Source: Candidatus Cloacimonadota bacterium (GTDB taxonomy: Bacteria > Cloacimonadota > Cloacimonadia > Cloacimonadales > Cloacimonadaceae). From it: 64,000 bases of DNA. The position numbers were made by a program, and so were the translations under genes. Position 1 is the first letter of the stretch, and every line of letters starts with the position of its first letter. Positions 37,038 to 46,523 of the stretch are shown piece by piece. Under the pieces are notes generated by a model. It was not told the DNA's origin. It ran no database searches and saw nothing but the letters and a program-made list of their open reading frames with translations. The stretch spans positions 5,565 to 69,564 of the forward strand of contig JAJBAV010000013.1 in the NCBI GenBank assembly GCA_020532085.1. Reading direction: 5' to 3'.

Positions 37038-37127
37038 TATAAGCCGGGATTCCTGCCGCGCCGGAAATTTCTCCCGCGTTTGCCCCCGCTGGAATTTCCC
37101 TTGTCAAAAACGGCAGCGTGGCCAAAA

Positions 37128-37733
37128 ATGGTTTTTCATCAAAAATCTACCGAACAGGGAGACCAATTGAACCCGAAACTACGCGCCCTGATCCTCGTGA
37201 TCGTTCTGCTGCTCAGCTTCAGCCTGCTGGGCGCGGAATCATTCGGCTCCCGCACCGCCGCCTCACTGAAGGCCAGGGGTGTGAGTCCCTGGCTGATCGT
37301 GGTGCTGATCTCGATGCTGCCGATCGTGGAGCTGCGCGGCGCCATCCCCGTGGCCATAGCCGTTTTGGGCATGTCCTGGCAGGAGGCCGTGCCGCTGGCG
37401 ATCCTGGGCAACATGATCCCCATTCCCTTTCTGCTGCTCTTTCTGGAGTGGTTTCTGAAGCTGCTTTCCCGCTACCGCTGGGGCAAAAGGTTCACCGACT
37501 GGCTCTATGCCCGCACCCGCAGCAAGGGCAAGGTGGTGGAACGCTACGCGGAGCTCGGTCTGATCGTGTTTGTAGGCATCCCCCTGCCCGGTACCGGAGG
37601 CTGGACCGGGTCCCTGGCCGCCAAGATCTTCGGCCTCACTTTCTGGAAATCCCTCATCTGCGTGTTCCTCGGCGTGCTGCTGGCAGCCCTGATCGTAACC
37701 CTGATCACACTGCTGGGCACCTCCATTTTCTGA
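37128..37733 (+). CDS. Small multidrug export-family membrane protein (COG2426-like)
   Basis: 201 aa. ELRGAIPVAI hallmark and 4-5 TM helices. The long 5' extension of the listed ORF (36345-37127) is antisense to the ferritin-like gene. Confidence 0.7.
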   Translation: MVFHQKSTEQGDQLNPKLRALILVIVLLLSFSLLGAESFGSRTAASLKARGVSPWLIVVLISMLPIVELRGAIPVAIAVLGMSWQEAVPLAILGNMIPIPFLLLFLEWFLKLLSRYRWGKRFTDWLYARTRSKGKVVERYAELGLIVFVGIPLPGTGGWTGSLAAKIFGLTFWKSLICVFLGVLLAALIVTLITLLGTSIF

Positions 37734-37736
37734 ACC

Positions 37737-38885
37737 ATGCCCACACCCGCTGCTCACATCTTCTGGCTGGCCGGGGAAAACTCCGGTGATCTGCACGCCA
37801 GCCTGGTGATGAAAAGCCTCAACGCCGCCCTGCCCGGCCTGCGTCACAGCGGGATCGGCGGTTCCCGGATGCAGCGCGAAGGCCTCAAACCGCTCTTTCC
37901 CTTCGCCCGCTTCAATGTGATGGGTTTCACGGAAGTGCTGGGCCATCTGGGCTTTTTCCTCAAAGTGGAGCGAGGCCTCAGAACATTCTTTAAAACCGAT
38001 CCGCCGGACCTCGCCATCCTGGTGGATTATCCCGGTTTCAACCTCCGGATCGCCCGTCTGGCCGACTCTCTGCGCGTCCCCGTGCTCTATTTCATCTGTC
38101 CCCAATTCTGGGCCTGGAAACACCATCGCGTCTTCCAACTGCGCGACAGCGTTCGCCACGTGGCCTGCATCCTGCCTTTCGAACCGGAATTGCTGGCCAT
38201 CCACAACGTCAGCGCCACCTACGTGGGCCATCCCATCGCCGGGGAAGTCAGCTTCGAGCTCGACCGCGCCGCCTTCGCCAGCTTTTACGGGCTCGATCCC
38301 GCCAAACGCTGGATCGGCTTGCTACCCGGCAGCCGCGACAGCGAGGTGAAGCGGATGCTGCCCGTGTATCTGAAAGCCGCGCGGGAGCTGGCCGCCCAGG
38401 GTTTCGAGCCGCTCGTTTCCAAAGCCCTCTCTGTGTCCCACGGGCCTTTCATGGCCTGCCTCGATGCTGCCCGGATCCCTGAACTGAAGCTGATCGACGG
38501 CTACCGTTACGACCTGATGCGCCACGCCGATCTGCTGGTCTGCACTTCCGGCACAGTCACTCTGGAAGCCGCCTACATCGGCACTCCGCAACTCATCTGC
38601 TACAAAACCTCGGCCCTCACCTACGCCATCGGACGCCGCCTGGTGCGGGTGAAGCGTATCGGCCTGCCCAATATCCTGCTGGACCGGGACCTGCTGCCGG
38701 AACTCATCCAATCCGCCTGTACGCCTCAGAACATCGTACAAACCGCCCTGGAGCTGCTAAACGACCCTTCCCGCCTCGAACGGATGAGGTCCGAACTCGC
38801 CCGTCTGCGGGAAATCATGGCCGAACCGGTCACCAGCGTGGAAATGCCGCGCCTCGTGCGGGAGATCCTGGACGCCCATGCCTGA
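37737..38885 (+). CDS. lpxB: Lipid-A-disaccharide synthase
   Basis: 382 aa. N-terminal AGENSGDLH motif and overall LpxB pattern (DYPGFNLR, PQFWAWK, SGTVTLEAA). Confidence 0.9.
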   Translation: MPTPAAHIFWLAGENSGDLHASLVMKSLNAALPGLRHSGIGGSRMQREGLKPLFPFARFNVMGFTEVLGHLGFFLKVERGLRTFFKTDPPDLAILVDYPGFNLRIARLADSLRVPVLYFICPQFWAWKHHRVFQLRDSVRHVACILPFEPELLAIHNVSATYVGHPIAGEVSFELDRAAFASFYGLDPAKRWIGLLPGSRDSEVKRMLPVYLKAARELAAQGFEPLVSKALSVSHGPFMACLDAARIPELKLIDGYRYDLMRHADLLVCTSGTVTLEAAYIGTPQLICYKTSALTYAIGRRLVRVKRIGLPNILLDRDLLPELIQSACTPQNIVQTALELLNDPSRLERMRSELARLREIMAEPVTSVEMPRLVREILDAHA

Positions 38886-39468
38886 GTTTCTTTTCCAACT
38901 GGAAGCTGTTCTGGGCGCCTGGCTGCTGCGCCTGTGGCGCTTCACCCTGCGGATCAAGGCGCAAAACCAGCCCCCCAATGGCCATCCCTGCGTTTACGCG
39001 CTCCAGCACCGCGATCTGCTGCTCCTGGCCATCCAGAGGATCGATTGCGGCATCGCCGTGATGGTTTCCCGTTCCCGCGACGGCGAATTCATCGCCCGCC
39101 CGCTGGCCCGCCTGGGCTTTTTACCGGTGCGCGGATCAACCTCCCGCAGCGGCTCCCAGGCGCTGAAAGAACTGGTGGAACTGGCCCGGAAACGCAGCCT
39201 GGCCATCACCCCGGACGGTCCCAAAGGCCCGGCGGGTTCCATTCAGCCCGGTATCCTCCAACTCGCCCTGCTGGCCCAAATTCCCATCATTCCGGTGGTG
39301 GCCTCCGCCGGCCGCCAGTGGCAGCTCAATTCCTGGGACCGCTTCCGGATCCCCAAACCCTTCAGCAAACTCACCGCCAGCTATGGCCCGGAGATCCGGG
39401 TGCGTTCCCGCGAAGATTTTCCCGCCGCCGAAACCGCCCTGCGCCAGGCCTGGGAAAAGCTGACCTGA
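38878..39468 (+). CDS. DUF374-family (lysophospholipid acyltransferase-like) protein
   Basis: 196 aa. Motifs HRDLLLL, VSRSRDGEFIA, VRGSTSRSG and ITPDGPKGP. Overlaps the lpxB end by 8 nt. Confidence 0.75.
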   Translation: MPEFLFQLEAVLGAWLLRLWRFTLRIKAQNQPPNGHPCVYALQHRDLLLLAIQRIDCGIAVMVSRSRDGEFIARPLARLGFLPVRGSTSRSGSQALKELVELARKRSLAITPDGPKGPAGSIQPGILQLALLAQIPIIPVVASAGRQWQLNSWDRFRIPKPFSKLTASYGPEIRVRSREDFPAAETALRQAWEKLT

Positions 39469-39503
39469 CCCCCCTTTCCACTCCCGCGGATTCAACATCA
39501 GCC

Positions 39504-39537
39504 CAAAAAACAAGCCGGAGAGTAAGATCTCCGGCTT
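39504..39537 (-). terminator. Bidirectional-type terminator hairpin
   Basis: AAGCCGGAGA-gtaaga-TCTCCGGCTT 10-bp perfect stem. The A run on the plus side gives a T run for the minus-strand gene. Confidence 0.65.
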
Positions 39538-39560
39538 GATCAGAATTTGAAAGACTCGGT

Positions 39561-40304
39561 TTATCTGGCCAGGGCGCGCTCGCTGAGGCGGCGGACGTAA
39601 TTGGCCAGGCGGGCGTTGGAGAAGTGGTCGATCTTCATGTCGCCATAGTCGGCCCAGTCGCTCTGAGCGGTGGCCACCAGGACGTTATCCACATACTTGT
39701 GGTTCATCTGGGTGATCTCCAACGAGTAGGTGGAGCCGGTGCCATGGTCCTGCACAACGTTCGCGGGGAAGGTGTATTCGCGAACCGAAGCGGCCAGATC
39801 GGTATCGGCAACTTCGTCATCGTAGGGATCGTCCGGATCGAAGGCGTAGGCCGAGGCGGTCTGAACCTGGTTGTTGCCACCGAGGGACCAGTACATGTAG
39901 GCGCTCTGGGCGGGGTTGTAGGTGAGCGGGAAAGTTGCGTCGGCGTTGTAAACCACGGTTTGGTTGCTGCTGACAACGGTTTCGCCGTTCACGATCAGGT
40001 TGAAATTATAAGCGGTTCCGGGGGTGAGGGAGACGCCGCCCATCCAGAAATCACCGTATTGGATAAGACTGTCAGGAGCCACGCCGCCTATCTTGAGTTC
40101 GAGGGTGGTGGGCGGCACATAATCGGCCATCGGGCCTATCCACATCACGGTAACGATGTGGGTGTCTTCCTTGCCGTCGGGGCCGGCGATGGCCATCACG
40201 GACCATTTGGCATCTTCGGGCTGGGTGATGTTTTCGATGCAGCCGGTGAGGAACAGACCCATGGCAAGGGTTGCCACGATCATCAGTATAAAGAATTTAC
40301 GCAT
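39561..40304 (-). CDS. Lipoprotein, function unknown
   Basis: 247 aa. Lipobox LFLTGC after a signal peptide. Confidence 0.65.
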   Translation of the reverse strand: MRKFFILMIVATLAMGLFLTGCIENITQPEDAKWSVMAIAGPDGKEDTHIVTVMWIGPMADYVPPTTLELKIGGVAPDSLIQYGDFWMGGVSLTPGTAYNFNLIVNGETVVSSNQTVVYNADATFPLTYNPAQSAYMYWSLGGNNQVQTASAYAFDPDDPYDDEVADTDLAASVREYTFPANVVQDHGTGSTYSLEITQMNHKYVDNVLVATAQSDWADYGDMKIDHFSNARLANYVRRLSERALAR

Positions 40305-40585
40305 TTAATTCTCCTTTGAATTTGGTTTCTGAGAGTTCTAATCCTGAATATCCCGTAATTTGTCAAGCTTTTATTGATTTCCCGCAAAAAGTCAGTTCTT
40401 TCATGGGACATCCCGGACCACTCTCTACGCTATATACTACCCCGAAATCAGTATCCTGCAAGTTATTCCGTGTTCCCGGCGGTTGTTGCGGCGGAAAGGC
40501 CATGGTTGCCTTCGCGCGCGGGGCGGCTATACTTTCTGAAGCAACTGCATATCCCGCTGGTACTGCGATATTGCCTGGAGGAACG

Positions 40586-41005
40586 ATGCAAAACTATTAC
40601 AAGCTTACGCTCAAATGCCCAAAATGCGGCAGGGAACTAAGCGACGAGACCAAACTCATCGACGGGATCCCCGCCGTGAAACTGCTGGTCCGCTCCGGAG
40701 CCGAGGAAGGCAGTATCTGGCTTTCCTCCCTTTACGGCAGCTACAGCCAGGAATCCACCCTCACCGCCCGTGACGGCGAGATCAGCGTCCTCTCCTGCCC
40801 CCACTGCGGCGGGGAACTCACCTCCGGCGAAAACTGCAACATCTGCCAGGCCCCGCTGGTGGATTTCCATCTCTTCGAAGGCGGCAAAGTCTCCATCTGC
40901 TCCCGCGCCGGCTGCACCAAGCACTCCATCGAGTTTGAGGACCTCAACACCGCCATCAACCACTTCTTCAACGAGTTCGAGCTGCAAAGCCGGCTTCCGG
41001 AGTGA
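40586..41005 (+). CDS. Double zinc-ribbon protein, function unknown
   Basis: 139 aa from the ATG at 40586 (GGAGGA RBS). CPKCG...CPHCG...CNIC...C..AGC cysteine pairs. Confidence 0.6.
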   Translation: MQNYYKLTLKCPKCGRELSDETKLIDGIPAVKLLVRSGAEEGSIWLSSLYGSYSQESTLTARDGEISVLSCPHCGGELTSGENCNICQAPLVDFHLFEGGKVSICSRAGCTKHSIEFEDLNTAINHFFNEFELQSRLPE

Positions 41006-41082
41006 GTTTGCCCGCGGTGCCGCAGTTTGGCGGAACCCGGTGATTTTGCTTTGGAGTTTATAGCCTGAAGACCCGGCCATTC

Positions 41083-41470
41083 CGTCATTCCGGGGGGGCG
41101 TGCGTCAGCACGCGGGGACCCGGAATCCAGCCCTTGCGGAAACAGCCAACCAAGGCCAAGAACAAGGCGTGTTCGGGATGTGGCGTTCTGTCGCCCACGA
41201 GGGGCTTCCATTTTATTGGGCTGTCTTTCAAACTGAATGGACGGTGTCAAAACAATAGTCCCATGGTAAGATAAAGCAGCATGTCATTCCGGGGGAGCGT
41301 GCGACAGCACGCGGGGACCCGGAATCCAGCCCTTGCGGGAATAGCCAAGCCAAGGACAAGAACAAGGCGGGGCCGATACAGACTGCGTCTGCATCGACAC
41401 CCTCTGAGGGCATTACCCGGACCGTCTGGATTCCGGGACCCCGGCGTTAAAACGCCACCCCGGAATGACA
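41083..41470. repeat. MITE/REP family 1: one partial (41083-41180) and one full copy (41282-41470)
   Basis: TGTCATTCCGGGGG...GGGGACCCGGAATCCAGCCCTTGCGGGAATAGCC...GACTGCGTCTGCATCGAC...GTCTGGATTCCGGGACCCCGGCGTTAAAACGCCACCCCGGAATGACA. Confidence 0.8.
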
Positions 41471-41565
41471 ATCCGCGGCCGGTCAGATAAAAGTTCTGTA
41501 CCCAGCTGATCCCTCCCCCACTTGGTTTGAAAGATAGCCGAACAAGTCTCTCTTGCATATCGAGC

Positions 41566-41896
41566 GGGTTAGCCCGGAGGGCGACAGACAATAGCGAGGG
41601 TGTGAAGTGACCGGGGCGCCTGCGGAGGAGCGCAGCGATGCCGTGGGGCGGGAACGGAACCCCTCGTAAGAGTAATAAACGAAGGATCGAGCCCCTTGCG
41701 GGCGACAGAACCGCGGGGATGGATTTCTGTCGCCCACAAGGGGCTTCCGTTTTATTGTGGCTCGTGTACGAAGGGCTCCGCTGCGCTGCGCACCCTCGCC
41801 ATGGTCTGTCGCCCTCCGGGCTAACCCACTGGCCTTCATGGCCTGTTCAGAGGTCTGGACTGGACCTCGCCATGGCCTGTCGCCCTCCGGGCTGCT
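41566..41896. repeat. Palindromic repeat family 2 (CTGTCGCCC units), nested inverted repeats
   Basis: A 23-bp perfect inverted repeat, GGGTTAGCCCGGAGGGCGACAGA (41566-41588) versus 41805-41827. An inner 20-bp hairpin at 41690-41747 has one mismatch. A related unit lies at about 41178-41215. Confidence 0.75.
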
Positions 41897-41980
41897 TCCC
41901 CCAACCCGATGCAAAGCCAGCCATACAAAAACCCCGGCCGAAACGACCGGGTCTTGATATTGAAGCTTGCTGCCTGAGAT

Positions 41981-42814
41981 CTACTGCAGCTTGGCTTTGA
42001 GGCCGTTATATTTGGTTTTCTGCGCGCCGGTCATGTTGTCATATTCGGCGGCGAGGGCGTTCTGCTGATTTTGCGCTTCGGTCCTCAGCTGGGTGAGCCT
42101 GGTGATTTCCCTGGGGGTGGTGGGGTTCTTGGCTTTCAGGGCCAGGTAGCGGTCCACGGCGGTGCCGAAGTCGTTGATCTTGGCGTCATCAACGGTCGGA
42201 GCGGGCGGGGCGGGCGGTGTCGGAGGTTTCGGCACGGGCGGTTTCACCACGGGCGGTTTCTGGCCGGGGGTCACCGGGGTTGTGGCCGCGGGGGTTGCGG
42301 GAACTTCAGGCACAGGTGCCATGGCAAGTTCGGGATAGACGATCTCGGTGTTGAGCTCGATGGAGCTCACTTCGCCCAGGATGCGTTTCACTTCGGCTTT
42401 GTCTTCGATCATCTGCATGAAGGTGAGTTCCTTCTTGTCGCCGATCAGGCCTATCATCAGGGCCACGATCTCGGCCTTGTGCTCTTCCTTGAGGGGAACG
42501 TTTTCCATGCCCATCACGGCTTCGCCATCGGAGTTCTTGAAAGCGAGGGTCCAGGCGCCGATGTGGTCCGTTGTCAGGCTGTCGGGGTTGATCCCAACCA
42601 GCTGCTTCAGCAGTTCAGCGTTGAGGGTCATTTCCAGGCCGCCATCCACTGGTTTGAGCATATAGCTGCCATCGACCACTTTCACAAACTCGGCTCCGTT
42701 GCCCATCACGGGAACGTTGCTCAATTCCAGGGCTTTTTCTTTCAAAGCGCAGGCGCTGAATACGAGCATCGCCACCAAGGCGACGGTCATTAAAGCTGTT
42801 CTAATTTTCATCAT
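41981..42814 (-). CDS. Lipoprotein with Pro-rich linker, function unknown
   Basis: Start MMKIRT at 42814 (AAGGAG RBS), lipobox VFSAC, a PVPEVPATPAATTPVTPGQKPPVVKPPVPKPPTPPAPPAP linker, and a helical tail. Confidence 0.65.
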   Translation of the reverse strand: MMKIRTALMTVALVAMLVFSACALKEKALELSNVPVMGNGAEFVKVVDGSYMLKPVDGGLEMTLNAELLKQLVGINPDSLTTDHIGAWTLAFKNSDGEAVMGMENVPLKEEHKAEIVALMIGLIGDKKELTFMQMIEDKAEVKRILGEVSSIELNTEIVYPELAMAPVPEVPATPAATTPVTPGQKPPVVKPPVPKPPTPPAPPAPTVDDAKINDFGTAVDRYLALKAKNPTTPREITRLTQLRTEAQNQQNALAAEYDNMTGAQKTKYNGLKAKLQ

Positions 42815-43101
42815 TTTTCTCCTTGTAACAATTAGCCTGCCTCGCTGGCGGGGCCAGGGGCAGGTGTTTTTTTTCACTCTTTGCGTTCCGGTCGGCTGAT
42901 GCCGGGAAAAGCTGCTTGCGCCAATGTTTCAGGCTCAAGCCCCGCTCATCCTCATTCTCCCGGATGGTCATTTTGGGGCACTCTGTTCTGACTGCGTTTG
43001 CTTGTCAATCTTTTTTCTTTGGTCCGGCCTCCGGAAGCAACCGGAAGAGCATGACAGCGCCTTCGCGGCTTCGCTCCGCCCCGGGCCAAAATCCGGCCTG
43101 T

Positions 43102-44715
43102 TCAGGGAGCCGAGTCCGATGTGGTCACATAAAAGAAGACGCTGCCGGGATCGAAACCCAGGGCGGCGATCTGCGCCCAGCTGATCTCCACGCTGAGATC
43201 GGTTGTGGAAAGCAGATACACGAACCCCGTTACGGGATCGTCGCTCACGTAAACGTTGTAGACCGCCGCGCCGTCCGCCGCGCTCCAGCTGAGGGTGATC
43301 CCCGTGTCGCCGTCGGATCTGCCGATCAGCAGATTGGCGGGAGGATCGGGGATTCCGGCGGTGGCGATCCTGGCCAGAAACACGCTGTAGTCATACGGGC
43401 CCACCAAATGGTCGTCCCCGAAGATCACGTCGTAACCGAAATCACCGGCCAGCACGCAGCTGCCGTCCACCTCTCCGGCGATGTGATAGCCTGTGCTGCC
43501 CGCCCCGTGCGCTTGGATCGCCCAACCCCAGTTGCCGCCGGGATCGAGGCTGGCGGCGAAGGCCGAGGCGCTGCCCGTATCCGCGGTGAGGGTGGTGGCG
43601 CCCACGGTGATGGTGGAGGTGAACGATCCCGCTATCAGGCTGTTTCCCGCGGAATCGGTTTTGATGCCCCGGAGATTGTCGCGCGTGGTTTCTATTCTGG
43701 TGGCCCAGAGCCAGGTGCCGTCGGGATCCATTTTCGCGGCGAAATAGCCGTTGAGGCTGGTGGGAGTGGGGGCAAAATTCAGGGTGGAGTTCAGATAACC
43801 GATCACGTAGCTGTTGCCGCCGGCATCGGCGGATACGCGCCAGCCCCAGTCGTCATAAGTCCCGCCCAGGCTTTTGGCCCAGACCCAGGTTCCGGAGGCG
43901 TCGAGCTTGGCAAAATAGGCGTCCTTGTCGTCCACGGCGGTGACCGTGTGCGCTCCGAAAGTGGCCGTGTTCTCGAATTGGCCGGTGATCCAGCTGTTTC
44001 CCGCGCCGTCCGTGCAGATGCCGTTGACGTTGTCGGATATGGCGGTGCCCGCCTGATTGGCCCAGAGCCAGTTTCCGGCGGGGTCGAGCTTGGCGGCGAA
44101 GATATCGTTGCCGCCGTAGGTGGTGAGGGTGGTGGCGCCGAAAGCGTAGGTGCCGTTGAAAAGCCCGGTCACATGGCAGTTTCCGGCGGCGTCGCAGGCT
44201 ATCCCCCAGCCGTAGCTTGCCCCTGAACTGCTGGTCCGGTCCAGAACCTTTGCCCAGAGCCAGTTTCCCGCGGGGTCGAGCTTGGCCACAAAAGCCTGGT
44301 TCCCATACTCGCTGAGTTCAATGCTGCCAAACCAGGCCGCGTAATGCGAATAGATCTGGCCGGTCACGTAGCTGTTGCCCGTGACGTCGGTGCAGACCGC
44401 CGTGGCGTAATCGTGGTTGTTGCTGCCGGCGTGCACCGCCCACAGCCAGTTGCCGGCGGGATCGGCTTTGGCCACGAAAATGTCCGAGTAGTTGCCGTTG
44501 TAGGCGCTCAGATTCCAAGCGCCGAACGCCACCGATTTGTAGATGTTTCCGGCCATGATGCTGTTGCCGGAGGGATCCAGCGCCAACCCCTTGGAATAAG
44601 CCCTGCCGAAGGTTTCCAGTCCCACGCTGCAGATCCCCCACTCCCATTCCGGAGCCTGCGCGCCCAGCGCGCCCGCCGCGAGCGCGACCAGTAAAACCAA
44701 ACCATGCCTGTTCAT
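43102..44715 (-). CDS. SBBP (beta-propeller) repeat protein with C-terminal FN3-like domain
   Basis: Signal peptide MNRHGLVLLVALAAGALGAQA, at least 8 repeats of the D.(A/S)GN(S/C)(Y/W/H)(V/I)TG type, and a C-terminal ITLSWSAADGAAVYNVYVS FN3-like segment. Confidence 0.7.
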   Translation of the reverse strand: MNRHGLVLLVALAAGALGAQAPEWEWGICSVGLETFGRAYSKGLALDPSGNSIMAGNIYKSVAFGAWNLSAYNGNYSDIFVAKADPAGNWLWAVHAGSNNHDYATAVCTDVTGNSYVTGQIYSHYAAWFGSIELSEYGNQAFVAKLDPAGNWLWAKVLDRTSSSGASYGWGIACDAAGNCHVTGLFNGTYAFGATTLTTYGGNDIFAAKLDPAGNWLWANQAGTAISDNVNGICTDGAGNSWITGQFENTATFGAHTVTAVDDKDAYFAKLDASGTWVWAKSLGGTYDDWGWRVSADAGGNSYVIGYLNSTLNFAPTPTSLNGYFAAKMDPDGTWLWATRIETTRDNLRGIKTDSAGNSLIAGSFTSTITVGATTLTADTGSASAFAASLDPGGNWGWAIQAHGAGSTGYHIAGEVDGSCVLAGDFGYDVIFGDDHLVGPYDYSVFLARIATAGIPDPPANLLIGRSDGDTGITLSWSAADGAAVYNVYVSDDPVTGFVYLLSTTDLSVEISWAQIAALGFDPGSVFFYVTTSDSAP

Positions 44716-44969
44716 TGCATCACTCCTTGTGCAAAATGCGCAACCGTCAGGAGGGCGGAAAAGATCTCCGCTCAGGAGCCGGCTTTTTCGGATTGCATTT
44801 TTCCCGCAATCTTGGAATTCTGTCAAGCAAAATCGGCCCCGGGCGGTTTCACCCGAAGGCCCTTCCGCTCTTCTTCGCGCCGGAGGGGCTCCGTTCTGGA
44901 TTTACATACGTTTGGGGCGGGGGTTGGGGATGTTTCACTCCGTAAATCCGTCCACTCCGTGAATCCAGC

Positions 44970-45526
44970 CTGTCATTCCGGGGTAGGGGCCCAGGAATCC
45001 AGACGGTCCATCCGCCCAGCTCCAGCCTGTCATTCCGGGGTAGGGGTCCCGGAATCCAGACGGTCCATCCGCCCAGCCCAGCCCTGTCATTCCGGGGTGG
45101 CGTTTTAACGCCGGGGCCCAGGAATCCAGACGGTCTATCCGCCCAGCCTCAGCCTGTCATTCCGGGGTGGCGTTTTAACGCCGGGGCCCAGGAATCCAGA
45201 CGGTCCATCCGCCCAGCCCCAGCCTGCTATTCCGGGTAGGGGCCCAGGAATCCAGACGGTCCATCCGCCCAGCCCCAGCCTGCTATTCCGGGTAGGGGCC
45301 CAGGAATCCAGACGGTCTATCCGCCCAGCTCCAGCCTGTCATTCCGGGGTGGCGTTTTAACGCCGGGGTCCCGGAATCCAGACGGTCCGAGTAATGCCCT
45401 GGCAGGGTGCCGACACAGACGCAGTCTGCATCGGCCCCGCTTCCACCTGGGACTGGGATTGGCTACTCCCGCGAGGTCTGGATTCCGGGACCCCGCGTGC
45501 TGGCGCACGCTTCCCCGGAATGACAG
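44970..45526. repeat. Tandem array of 7 family-1 left-end units (periods 56-70 bp), ending in a full composite copy (45336-45526)
   Basis: Units start at 44970, 45027, 45084, 45154, 45224, 45280 and 45336. Each reads CTG(T/C)(C/T)ATTCCGGG..hairpin..GGAATCCAGACGGTC(C/T)ATCCGCCCAGC. Confidence 0.85.
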
Positions 45527-45650
45527 TCCGGGGCGGGGGTGGGGGATGTTTCAATCCGTAAATCAGTTCAATCCGTAAATCCGTACACTCCGTGCATCCG
45601 TATGCAGTGGGAATGCCCGGCCCTGCCGTGGCCGCTCTTCCCCACCTCGC

Positions 45651-46415
45651 TCAGACAACCTTGTATCTCAGCCACAGCCTGTCGTTCGCCAGGTGCTTCA
45701 CTTCCATCAGCCGAAGCCGGTTGGGCAGGAGCGTGGGCCAAACCGGTTCCGGCGAAGCAAACAGGGTGGGAATCGAAAAGCCGCCGATCACGAGCGGACA
45801 CAGCAGGATATTGATCTCGTCCAGCAGCGAACCGCGGATCAGGGCGCCGCTCAGCCTTCCGCCGGAACTGGTGGCGATCGTGTTCACACCCAGCTTTGCC
45901 TTCACTTTGGCCAGCATTGCCGGCAGATCCACCCGCTCCCGCCCCTCGATCAGGTAAGGCAGGCGGCGCTCGCGCAGAAAGGCCAGATACTCCGGCGGCG
46001 CGGTCTCCGTGGTCAGATGCACCATATAGGTTTCCGGGTCGTCGCAGGCAGCCGTATAGCCGTTTCGGAACCTGCCCCGGCCATCGACCACCGCGGTCCA
46101 GGTTTTCCTCCCGGGACGATGGAGAATGTCATCCGGCAAAAAGTCCCGATACAGTTCGGCGGCGTCTCCCCCGAACTTGGGCAGTGGCGCCAATTCCTCG
46201 TTTTCCGCCACCAGCATGTTGCTGCCCTCCAAAAACATGTCCGGTTTATAAAGCTGGAATACGGCCTGGGTGAAGCCGGCCCATTCCTCCCCCGAAACCA
46301 GCATCCCGAAAAGCTCCGGCTGCTTGAAGGAGTCGAACATGGTGGTGTTTGGGCCCAAGGTGATCCTGCCGTCCACGGAGGCGCCCACATAGAGCACCAC
46401 TTTCGGTCTGTCCAT
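45651..46415 (-). CDS. Dihydrofolate reductase-family (RibD C-terminal domain) protein
   Basis: 254 aa. N-terminal VVLYVGASVDGRITLG and a C-terminal RibD_C-like pattern (GGRLSGALIRGSLLDEINILLCPLVIGG). Confidence 0.7.
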   Translation of the reverse strand: MDRPKVVLYVGASVDGRITLGPNTTMFDSFKQPELFGMLVSGEEWAGFTQAVFQLYKPDMFLEGSNMLVAENEELAPLPKFGGDAAELYRDFLPDDILHRPGRKTWTAVVDGRGRFRNGYTAACDDPETYMVHLTTETAPPEYLAFLRERRLPYLIEGRERVDLPAMLAKVKAKLGVNTIATSSGGRLSGALIRGSLLDEINILLCPLVIGGFSIPTLFASPEPVWPTLLPNRLRLMEVKHLANDRLWLRYKVV

Positions 46416-46523
46416 CTGATCCTCCCATTTTGTGTGTCCCTGCCATCAGGGCTGATTTCCCTTTTCCACGCCCGGGTGAAGCTGTCAATCACTTCTTCTT
46501 CGCGGCTCACCCCGACCCGAACA

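Noticed and set aside
36345-37127. 5' two-thirds of the 462-aa ORF 36345-37733
   Set aside because: This part is antisense to the ferritin-like gene and crosses a repeat element. The recognisable small-multidrug-export sequence only begins at the ATG at 37128.
41483-42000. ORFs of 120-143 aa in the 41.5-42.0 kb gap
   Set aside because: They are entirely within nested palindromic repeats. Mirror-image ORFs on both strands indicate a palindrome artefact.
44970-45390. Regularly spaced repeats that could be mistaken for a CRISPR array
   Set aside because: The whole 56-70-bp period is repeated, so there are no unique spacers. Units are variants of the dispersed TGTCATTCCGGGG element, and no cas genes are present in the window.
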